A DNA stretch of 55,368 nt from Candidatus Micrarchaeota archaeon. Lineage in GTDB: Archaea; Iainarchaeota; Iainarchaeia; JAADDC01. Position 1 is the first letter of the stretch, and the number at the start of each line of letters is the position of its first letter. A program made the position numbers and the translations under genes. This document shows positions 47,824-55,368 of this stretch, piece by piece. The stretch covers positions 1 through 55,368 of the forward strand of contig JALTXX010000008.1 of the NCBI GenBank assembly GCA_027046625.1, in the 5' to 3' direction. The notes under the pieces are model-generated. The model was not told the origin of the DNA, searched no databases, and saw only the letters and a program-made list of their open reading frames with translations.

Positions 47824-48511
47824 CGGAGCTATTCTATTGGGAGGAGAGTGCCCCTCCCCGGTGTATGCAAAGGAGGTGGTAAGCTGCACATTCTATGCTA
47901 CATCTACCAAGGAGAAAACAACTTTAGATCTGGTTTTTCACTCCGGGAAAGGGATTTTTAATGTCCTAAATACGGAGGGAAGTGTGAGTGTGTCCCCATT
48001 TAGAACAGAAGCCATAGAGGTAAATATATGGGCTCTCTCTACAGGAAAGGATGGTATAATAATGGACATCCCTTCCGAGAACAAGGGATATATAGTAGGT
48101 GTAGAAGCTATAACACCACCTGTTACAATCTTTGTAGACACTCCCACCCTAAACCCTGGCGAAACGGGAACTATAAGTGTTAGATTGAGGGGAAAGGGAG
48201 AAAATATTAGAGTGTGGTTAGAGGTACCGCCCACCTTTTCCACATCTGGAGAGGAGTATATTTCTTCCCTTGAGGGAGAAGCCCTCTTTCAGTTCAAGGT
48301 TACGCCTTCTCCATACGCCTTTGGAATATATGAAGGTAGTGTATTTGTAGAATTTGAAGATGAGAAAGGGGTACATCTTCTTATGGAGAGATTTAAGATG
48401 CAAACAACCATACCCCTGTGGATATGGGGAGCGATTGTTGTAATTATACTACTCATTATATTCTACCTGTATAGAAGGAGCAAGAAGGGTGGGGCTAGCG
48501 AAACTCAATGA
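47774..48511 (+). CDS. Cell-surface protein (signal peptide, beta domains, C-terminal TM)
   Basis: MRRAIFLLW signal; C-terminal TM plus YRRSKK. Confidence 0.75.
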   Translation: MRRAIFLLWVVMISLANGAILLGGECPSPVYAKEVVSCTFYATSTKEKTTLDLVFHSGKGIFNVLNTEGSVSVSPFRTEAIEVNIWALSTGKDGIIMDIPSENKGYIVGVEAITPPVTIFVDTPTLNPGETGTISVRLRGKGENIRVWLEVPPTFSTSGEEYISSLEGEALFQFKVTPSPYAFGIYEGSVFVEFEDEKGVHLLMERFKMQTTIPLWIWGAIVVIILLIIFYLYRRSKKGGASETQ

Positions 48512-49544
48512 TATCACCGTCTTTTAATATGTAATCCTTTGGTATATCTCTATATACCCCCTCTGTCCATATACGAGCTCTATTAAATGATTTAACACCT
48601 ATACGTTTTGCTAAATCCTCTGGAGTGCTACCTTCTCTCATGATTACCGCCTCCTTTGATATTTCTCCTCTTGGTGGTTTGGTGAATACCCGTATGATGC
48701 CCATGGACTTAAATAAGTCTCTAAGGGTCTCCCTCCCACGGAACTTTATCCCTCCATCCCATTCCCCGTTTACTAGAATAGTATATTTCATGAAGGTAGC
48801 ACCCTCCTCTAGTGCTAGAGATAGATCCGTTGGTGTTATGGGTCCATAGGGTACTATAACTGCGTTGTATACACCATGTTGCTGAAGCACTTCAAGAAAA
48901 TCCTCTCTATCTCCTCTAAGAAGATGTTCTGATAGAAACCTTATCCCTCCACTGTACTGTTTTTCTACCTTCACCGGGGGGCGATCTCTGTTTAGATACA
49001 CACCCTCCTCTTCCAATACGTTTAATAGTTCCTTTACTTGATACTCCGGAGAATCGTCATTAACTACGAGAATTAAATGATCAGCTGCTCTTATAGAGGG
49101 AAGTATCATAGAATACAGTCTAGAATCATCCCTAGACATGTAGGAGGGCAGTTCTACCATCTGGATCCTACCACCCTTCCATTCCACCATTACAGGGGTT
49201 GGGACAGAGGTTTCATAGGGTATGGATGTGGATTTTATGGGAACGCCGGAGAGTACAGAAAGTATATAAGACTTCCCCACATTAGGAAACCCCCAAACTG
49301 CAGCTTGAAATCCCTGTTTTGGGACGAGATAACTTCTTCCGGAAGATACTCTTCTTTTTGTGCTAATCTCCTTTCTTAGCTCTGCCATCTTCCTCAATAA
49401 CTGCTTCCTCATATTTTCTGTTCCCTTATGCTTTGGCAAATATCTAAGAGCTTCTTCTAAATACTTCAGCTTCTCTTGCGGTGTTCTGGCAGAGGAGTAC
49501 TTGTCCATTGCCTTGTTGAACTCAGGAGGTGCATTCATGGGCAT
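48495..49544 (-). CDS. DRG/OBG-family GTPase with TGS domain
   Basis: MPMN..PE, PKHKGTE, GFPNVGKS, LKDGDIIE; G3 and G4 degenerate. Confidence 0.88.
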   Translation of the reverse strand: MPMNAPPEFNKAMDKYSSARTPQEKLKYLEEALRYLPKHKGTENMRKQLLRKMAELRKEISTKRRVSSGRSYLVPKQGFQAAVWGFPNVGKSYILSVLSGVPIKSTSIPYETSVPTPVMVEWKGGRIQMVELPSYMSRDDSRLYSMILPSIRAADHLILVVNDDSPEYQVKELLNVLEEEGVYLNRDRPPVKVEKQYSGGIRFLSEHLLRGDREDFLEVLQQHGVYNAVIVPYGPITPTDLSLALEEGATFMKYTILVNGEWDGGIKFRGRETLRDLFKSMGIIRVFTKPPRGEISKEAVIMREGSTPEDLAKRIGVKSFNRARIWTEGVYRDIPKDYILKDGDIIEFR

Positions 49545-50041
49545 GCTCTCAGCTCCCAAACCCTAAGGTTCCATGTGTAGTCCCTTATATACCTAGTGGG
49601 TGCAGGAATATCCATATTTCTTTCTGTAACAAGTAGCACCCTACCCCCCTCCTTTAGATGATAGAAAACCTCCCCCATAAACCTCTCGATAATATTACCC
49701 CTGTCCCACCACAAAACTCCGTCTCTGGTATCCAGGTATGGAGGATTAAATAAAATAACATCAAATTTGTCATTGATGTTTTCAAACAAATCCGATCTAA
49801 CAACCCTAATATCTACTCCATTTAGCTTTGCATTAAATGCAGCATTTCTTACAGCCTTTTCATCTATATCAGCGGCAGTGACGTTTGCTCCTCTTAAAGC
49901 TGCAAGCACTGCAAGGTATCCACTGCCCGTGCCCATATCTAAAACATCTTTACCCCTTAGAGAAATCCTCTCAAGGAAGGATGCAAGCAGATAGGTGTCC
50001 TCAGAGGGCGGATACACCCCCTTGAACACCTCAATCTTCAA
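49535..50041 (-). CDS. HemK2/Mtq2-family methyltransferase
   Basis: VYPPSEDT, LDMGTGSG, SDLF, FNPPY. Confidence 0.92.
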   Translation of the reverse strand: MKIEVFKGVYPPSEDTYLLASFLERISLRGKDVLDMGTGSGYLAVLAALRGANVTAADIDEKAVRNAAFNAKLNGVDIRVVRSDLFENINDKFDVILFNPPYLDTRDGVLWWDRGNIIERFMGEVFYHLKEGGRVLLVTERNMDIPAPTRYIRDYTWNLRVWELRACP

Positions 50042-51800
50042 TATGTTTCACCTCAATATGCTCCCCTTTCCTGAGAGCGGCCTCTATCCTTCTGCCCTCC
50101 TCACTATCTCTGGAAAACTTTACATTGCCCTTGTTGTCTGTGGGGCCGGCATAAATAAGTTCCCCACCTACATAAATTTCCACATATCCTTCTTTCCCAG
50201 TCTTCACCACCACTTTCTTCTTTCTTATAGATACAGATGGTATAGACGATTCCTTTACCTCAACAGGCATGCCCAATTCCTTCTCTATCTCTCCTATTCT
50301 CTTCCCCCTCTTTCCTATTACATGAGCAACGTCAGAGGGAGAGACATACAGGATTACTTTCCCGCCCTTCACCTCAACCTTAAAGGGAACGGTAAGTAAC
50401 CTACTAAGGACCTTCCTTATACCCTCTGTTGCGTATTCTTCAACAGGAGACCTCTCCTCTTCCACAGGAACCACTACAGTCTCTTCTCCATATGTATAGA
50501 TCTCATATTCCAGCCTGTTAGTAGCAAAGTCTCTGACTTCTACAACGGGACGAGCTAGATCAGCCTCTGTCATACCGGTGGGAACCTTTACTACAAGTTT
50601 TAGATTATACACCTTCTCTACTCTACCTCTGTTTATGAAGATAATAGTATCTACCACCTGGGGAATGATACCCAGCTCCAGTCTTCTTACAAACCTTTGC
50701 ACGGCCTCGATGGGTCTGGACGCATGGGTAACTCCTATCATTCCCACGCCCGCTAATCTCATATCAGCAAAGATCTGAAAGTCTCGTGTTTTTCTTACTT
50801 CATCATATATAGTATAATCTGGTCTTACAAGCAACAGGATATCGGCAGTCTTCTCCATATCTCCCTCCAGAGGAGCGTATTGGGTTATGTCGGGAGGAAC
50901 TTGAAGATCTCTGGGGCTTTCCATGGTTTTTACGATCTTTCCCTTGGACCTGTAAAATTCCGCTAAAGCCTGTGCAAAGGTGGATTTTCCAGCTCCTGGG
51001 GGGCCTGCTATTAGAATACCTTCGGCCCTCTTTTCCAATCTATCAATAAGTTTCTTGGATAGTTTGTAATCATCCAACGTAACCTTTGCTACTGGTCTAA
51101 CAACGGTAATCTCCCATCCATCAGAGAACGGAGGATAAGCAATAGCAACTCTGTACTCTCTCAGCTGAATCACAGTAGCTCCATTGGCTTCTATCTCTAT
51201 ATAGGAATGAGGGTCTCTTTTGGCAAGTTCCACCAGCTCTTTTGCCATGTTCTTTATCTCTTCTCGCTTAAGGGGAGGATGGTCTAGTACTTCAAGTTTG
51301 TAGGAACCCGCAACACCCCTCTTTACCATAGGAGGTACGTTTTCCTTCAAATGTAGCGATGAAACATCCTTATCTATAAATTTCTCAAAGGATGGTTCCT
51401 TTGGAAGGTCCGACGGAGGGACGTACATTACTGTTAAACCCAGAGCTCTGGCAACTTCTGCCTGTGTGTAGTCAGAGGTGAGAAGAATAGCATCCTCTTC
51501 TTCTGCAAGCTTTCTAATTTGGGCATCCACATACACATTTTTTGCCACAGCAATCTGATCCGGCCTAACCTCTTCCCCCTTAAATACTATCTCCACAAAC
51601 CCCTTTCTCTTTAGTTCCTGCAACTTCTTTAGCTCTTCCAATCCTACGTAACCACTTTCTCTACCCTTAGATGCCTGATACTCAAGTTCACTTATAGTTG
51701 ATCTGTGGATAATAACGGTAGCTCCTTTCCACTCTCCCCTTGACACTCTCTCTGTGAGGATACCATTTATAACAGCTGAAGTATCGGGCACTATTTTCAT
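50031..51800 (-). CDS. PINA ATPase (PIN plus PilT-like ATPase plus KH)
   Basis: VPDTS, GPPGAGKST, ESPRDL, DEVR, KH GKRG. Confidence 0.93.
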   Translation of the reverse strand: MKIVPDTSAVINGILTERVSRGEWKGATVIIHRSTISELEYQASKGRESGYVGLEELKKLQELKRKGFVEIVFKGEEVRPDQIAVAKNVYVDAQIRKLAEEEDAILLTSDYTQAEVARALGLTVMYVPPSDLPKEPSFEKFIDKDVSSLHLKENVPPMVKRGVAGSYKLEVLDHPPLKREEIKNMAKELVELAKRDPHSYIEIEANGATVIQLREYRVAIAYPPFSDGWEITVVRPVAKVTLDDYKLSKKLIDRLEKRAEGILIAGPPGAGKSTFAQALAEFYRSKGKIVKTMESPRDLQVPPDITQYAPLEGDMEKTADILLLVRPDYTIYDEVRKTRDFQIFADMRLAGVGMIGVTHASRPIEAVQRFVRRLELGIIPQVVDTIIFINRGRVEKVYNLKLVVKVPTGMTEADLARPVVEVRDFATNRLEYEIYTYGEETVVVPVEEERSPVEEYATEGIRKVLSRLLTVPFKVEVKGGKVILYVSPSDVAHVIGKRGKRIGEIEKELGMPVEVKESSIPSVSIRKKKVVVKTGKEGYVEIYVGGELIYAGPTDNKGNVKFSRDSEEGRRIEAALRKGEHIEVKHIED

Positions 51801-51853
51801 CCATCTTAAATGGGAGGGTAGGTTTTATTATCACTTCTTTTCATAGGGTTAGC

Positions 51854-52108
51854 ATGGAGCTGTGGGTGCTAAAGGTGGAAGGAGATGCTGGTAAGCTTCT
51901 TTCTTTGGAGGAAATAAAGAGAGCAGGAGCCTCTATAAGGGAAGATTTAGGAGATGGAAAATTTGTAGTATTGTATGCAGATAAAAGCCTTGTAGATAAG
52001 CTTGTAGAAGAAGGCTATGTATCTATTCCAGAGAATGAAGAAGAACTGAGGAGACGTATCAAAGAGGAAGAAGAGTCTGCCTCTATGGGGGTGGGTAACC
52101 TTGTATGA
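51854..52108 (+). CDS. Small hypothetical protein
   Basis: 84 aa; EEESASMGVG tail. Confidence 0.7.
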   Translation: MELWVLKVEGDAGKLLSLEEIKRAGASIREDLGDGKFVVLYADKSLVDKLVEEGYVSIPENEEELRRRIKEEEESASMGVGNLV

Positions 52109-52583
52109 ACTTCTTTACTTCCCCCTTCTAAAGGCTCTTCTAATAATTATAGTGGGATATATAGTAGTAAAAATGCTTGAAAGTGGCGTACTGCGACGAA
52201 TTTCTGTGCTCGGAAAGGAACAGATAGATATTCTGACAACCCTTGTAAGCGCCACAAAGTATGTACTCTATATTATAATACTTCTTATAGCTCTGTCATC
52301 TGTAGGAATAGATGTATGGCCGTTGATTGCATCCCTAGGTATAGGGGGACTAGCTCTGTCCATGGCCATGAAGGATACCGTCACAGACTATATTTCAGGA
52401 CTCACTATTATCCTTGGAAGAAGTATAAAGAAAGGGGATAAAATCTTTGTAAAGGACAAAGGAGTAGAAGGAGTGGTGGAGGAAGTTGGGTGGAGATATA
52501 CTGTTTTACGAACGGAGGATGGAAAACTTGTAACAGTTCCTAACAGAGTTATGAGTTCCAGCGTGATAATCTTTGAGAAATGA
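52101..52583 (+). CDS. mscS: MscS-family mechanosensitive channel (short)
   Basis: ASLGIGGLALSMA.KD, GD.I, G.VEEVGWR.T, VPN. Confidence 0.88.
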   Translation: MYELLYFPLLKALLIIIVGYIVVKMLESGVLRRISVLGKEQIDILTTLVSATKYVLYIIILLIALSSVGIDVWPLIASLGIGGLALSMAMKDTVTDYISGLTIILGRSIKKGDKIFVKDKGVEGVVEEVGWRYTVLRTEDGKLVTVPNRVMSSSVIIFEK

Positions 52584-53895
52584 TTTCCTTCACACGCTTG
52601 GGGTCGGCCCTTCCTTGGGTTTCTTTCATTACAATACCCACAAGTCTATTTATGGCCTCTTTTTTACCTGAAAGGATATCTCTTACGATCCTCTCTTCCC
52701 TTCTCAGCACATCATCAATAATCATTTCCACATCCTCCCTTAGGGTGTATTTCTTTATTTCTTGCTCAACATCGATGTTTTCGTCTAACAGTCTTCTAAG
52801 TAGCTCAATGGCAGCAGGTTTAGATATTTCTTCCCTAAACCAAGCAATGGCTATACGTGTAATGCTGCTTTCCTTCTCTCTTACATCTTTAAAGTCTAAC
52901 CCTCTATAATTTAACTCCCCTCTGAGCCTGTCAGCTACAAACGTGGCGGCAAACCGCGGATTAGTCTTCTCAACCAATCGCTCAAAGTATTCTCCCAACT
53001 CTTTGTCAAGAATGAGGGTATGAGCATCAGATTTATCCAATCCATATTCTTTCATAAGCCTTTCTTCTCTTTGCCAAGGAAGTTCCGGTATAGTGATGGG
53101 GTTGTTCTCAATGAAGGAAGTTATATCTACAGGAGGGATATCGGGATCTGGCATGTATCTATAGTCCTCTTCCGTTTCCTTCTCTCTTAGAGATATAGTA
53201 ATACCCCTAGCCTCATCCCAGTGTCGAGTTTCCCTCTCTACCTTTTTGCCCATCTCGAGCAACCTCTTCTGGCGGGCTATCTCAAACTGAAGAGCCCTTC
53301 TAACACCCTCTATAGAGTTAATATTCTTTATTTCTACTCTTTCGCCACCCTCAAGGGAGATATTCGCGTCCACTCGAAACACAACAGAAGGATTGAGTAT
53401 CACATCAAGGTAGTTTAGCAATAGGTGTAACTCCTTTAGAAACGCTTCAGCCTCCTCAATGGAGGACATATCAGGTTCTGTAACGATTTCTATAAGAGGG
53501 ACTCCACTCCTGTTAAAGTCGACGATTCCTTCTCTTGGTTCATACCTTCCAGGGTCTTCTTCTATGTGTATTTCTTTAATTCTAACTCTTCCCAGTCTTC
53601 CGTTCCTTCCAAGGGGGGTGGAAGTTCTCTGGTATCCGGATGGAAGATCTGGATAAAAGTAGTGCTTTCGTAGAAAGACGAGGCTCTTGCTAATATCCAT
53701 ACCTAAGCTTTTGGCTACCTTCAAAGCCATAGAAATCGCTTCCTTGTTTACGGGGTATGGTTTTGACCCTGGTAACCCAGTACAAACAGGACATGTGTTT
53801 CTGTTGGGTTCTACTTCCCAATAACGGGTGCTACACTCGCAAAACAACTTTGATTTAGTTCTTAGCTGTACATGTATCTCGAACCCTATTTTCAT
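52549..53895 (-). CDS. gatB: Asp/Glu-tRNA amidotransferase subunit B
   Basis: IGFEIHVQL, RKHYFYPDLP, EEDPG, NRSGVPLIEIVTEPD, YRYMPDPD. Confidence 0.97.
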   Translation of the reverse strand: MKIGFEIHVQLRTKSKLFCECSTRYWEVEPNRNTCPVCTGLPGSKPYPVNKEAISMALKVAKSLGMDISKSLVFLRKHYFYPDLPSGYQRTSTPLGRNGRLGRVRIKEIHIEEDPGRYEPREGIVDFNRSGVPLIEIVTEPDMSSIEEAEAFLKELHLLLNYLDVILNPSVVFRVDANISLEGGERVEIKNINSIEGVRRALQFEIARQKRLLEMGKKVERETRHWDEARGITISLREKETEEDYRYMPDPDIPPVDITSFIENNPITIPELPWQREERLMKEYGLDKSDAHTLILDKELGEYFERLVEKTNPRFAATFVADRLRGELNYRGLDFKDVREKESSITRIAIAWFREEISKPAAIELLRRLLDENIDVEQEIKKYTLREDVEMIIDDVLRREERIVRDILSGKKEAINRLVGIVMKETQGRADPKRVKEIISQRLSRWNS

Positions 53896-55217
53896 AGGCC
53901 TACCTCCCTTGTAAACGCTAACAGCTTGTCATCTTCAAACCACCTTCCCATGATCTGCATCCCAATGGGGAGGTTCCCTTCTCTATCCCATGGAACATTC
54001 AGGGCAGGGATTCCCACGAGATTTGCCAGCACGGTAAGAGCATCGGAAGCGTACATCTTTACGGGATCGTTTATCCTTTCCCCTAATTTAAAGGGTAGAA
54101 AGGGGACGGTAGGAGAGAGGAGAAAATCCACCTCTTTGAACACCTTTTTCATGCTGCATGTTAGCTGTTCTCTCAATCTTAGGGCCTTCTCGTGAAAACT
54201 CTTCTCGTACTTCTCCATAGAAAGGTAAGTACCCAGTATAATGCGTCTCTTTACCTCCTTTCCAAGATGCCTGCCCCTTGTATTTGCCACCACATTATAG
54301 AGACTGTCTCCATCTTCTCTTTCTCCGAACACAAGCCCATTGTATCTTTGCATTGCGGACGCAAACTCTGGATACACAATAAGGTAATAGAGTGGCCATA
54401 TTTTATGTATGGGCGGTAGTTTTACCTCTACAATATCAACATGTGAGGATATCTCATCAACGAATCTGTTATACGCTCGCTCTATGGGTTCATCAACTCC
54501 TATAAGGAACTCTTCGCTCCATCCTACTCTAATACCATCTATTTTCATATTGTTTGCTGTTTCTCTAAAGTTTAACCGGCGTTTAACGCCTGCATCCCTT
54601 CCATCAGGTCCGTTTATAACATCCATGATAGCTATCAGCGTATCTACATCCTTAGCAAAAGGTCCTATGGTATCCAAGCTCATGGCAAGATCTACCAGCC
54701 CGTATCTTGAAACAAGATTATATGTAGGTTTAAATCCGTATATGCCCGTAAAGGAGGCCGGATTTCTTATGGATCCTCCTGTATCACTTCCAAGGGAGGC
54801 ATCTACCATATCGGCTGCTACAGCCACAGCTGACCCTGATGATGACCCCCCTGGCACCCTTTCTAGGTCGTGTGGGTTTCTTGTGGGTCCAAAGTAGGAG
54901 GTTTCTCCGGAGGATCCACACGCAAATTCGTCCATGTTGGTCTTTCCCACAATAATGGCTCCTGCCCTTTCAAGACGCTCCACAACAGTAGCGCTAAATG
55001 GAGATACATAATCTCTCAAAATAGATGACGCACACGTTAGTTTCATACCCTTTACTGCAATATTGTCCTTTATACCAAATACCATACCAGATAGGGGCCC
55101 TTCAATGTTCTTTTTTGCCTGTTCCCTTGCATAGTCCTCATATACACTTATAAATGCATTCAAAATAGGATTTTTTTCTCTTATAATGGCCAGTTTTTCC
55201 TCTAAATGTTCCATCAT
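53892..55217 (-). CDS. gatA: Asp/Glu-tRNA amidotransferase subunit A
   Basis: KDNI, GKTNMDEFA, GGSSSGS, GSDTGGSIRNPA. Confidence 0.97.
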   Translation of the reverse strand: MMEHLEEKLAIIREKNPILNAFISVYEDYAREQAKKNIEGPLSGMVFGIKDNIAVKGMKLTCASSILRDYVSPFSATVVERLERAGAIIVGKTNMDEFACGSSGETSYFGPTRNPHDLERVPGGSSSGSAVAVAADMVDASLGSDTGGSIRNPASFTGIYGFKPTYNLVSRYGLVDLAMSLDTIGPFAKDVDTLIAIMDVINGPDGRDAGVKRRLNFRETANNMKIDGIRVGWSEEFLIGVDEPIERAYNRFVDEISSHVDIVEVKLPPIHKIWPLYYLIVYPEFASAMQRYNGLVFGEREDGDSLYNVVANTRGRHLGKEVKRRIILGTYLSMEKYEKSFHEKALRLREQLTCSMKKVFKEVDFLLSPTVPFLPFKLGERINDPVKMYASDALTVLANLVGIPALNVPWDREGNLPIGMQIMGRWFEDDKLLAFTREVGL

Positions 55218-55368
55218 AGATTTTTTGGCACCTCCAGATATTCATCTCTTTTCTTTATAAAGGAAGAGGTAATATCCTCGCTATCTGATGGGCTATCATC
55301 TCTTAAGGGGTTGAAAGTAACATCTTTACATTCTTCTCCTAGCTCAATATTTTTTATCTCAGAAGTTA
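55214..55368 (-). CDS. gatC: Amidotransferase subunit C (partial)
   Basis: Hand translation ...FNPLRDD...EYLEVPKNL*; stop overlaps the gatA ATG. Confidence 0.8.
   Translation of the reverse strand, partial: TSEIKNIELGEECKDVTFNPLRDDSPSDSEDITSSFIKKRDEYLEVPKNL

Noticed and set aside
1-55368. CRISPR array, transposase, integrase
   Set aside because: No regularly spaced repeats or recombinase motifs seen by eye

Overview
A gene-dense archaeal chromosome segment, probably from a thermophilic, streamlined DPANN-type lineage (inferred from gene content and compaction). From about 7.5 kb onward it is mostly core genome: sua5, polB, thrS, thermosome, secG, alba, tbp, 5S rRNA, histone, hef, rps8e-gar1-tfb, trmJ, PINA, gatCAB and three tRNAs, with intron-containing tRNA-Met at 6.2-6.4 kb. 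The first ~6.2 kb is an accessory island ending at the 3' end of that tRNA-Met. Its best candidate for a new system is an archaeal RiPP cluster on the minus strand. It comprises an unannotated 42-aa Cys-free precursor (2587-2715, core YDD-S-WAT-ED-YVD-RY), a radical SAM/SPASM maturase, a stand-alone PEP-utiliser phospho-His domain and a 294-aa unknown protein. An EgtD-like methyltransferase lies upstream and RelBE modules bracket the cluster. Other items of note: a pilin-signal/small membrane protein/pseudo-HerA cluster; a 16-bp inverted repeat around a bidirectional polB promoter; promoter spacing that suggests leaderless tRNAs; a crenarchaeal-type editing-less ThrRS; a 41-nt identical repeat in tbp; a small ORF with a hairpin before a threonine dehydratase-like gene; and several degenerate enzymes. 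All family calls come from reading motifs; no database searches were run.
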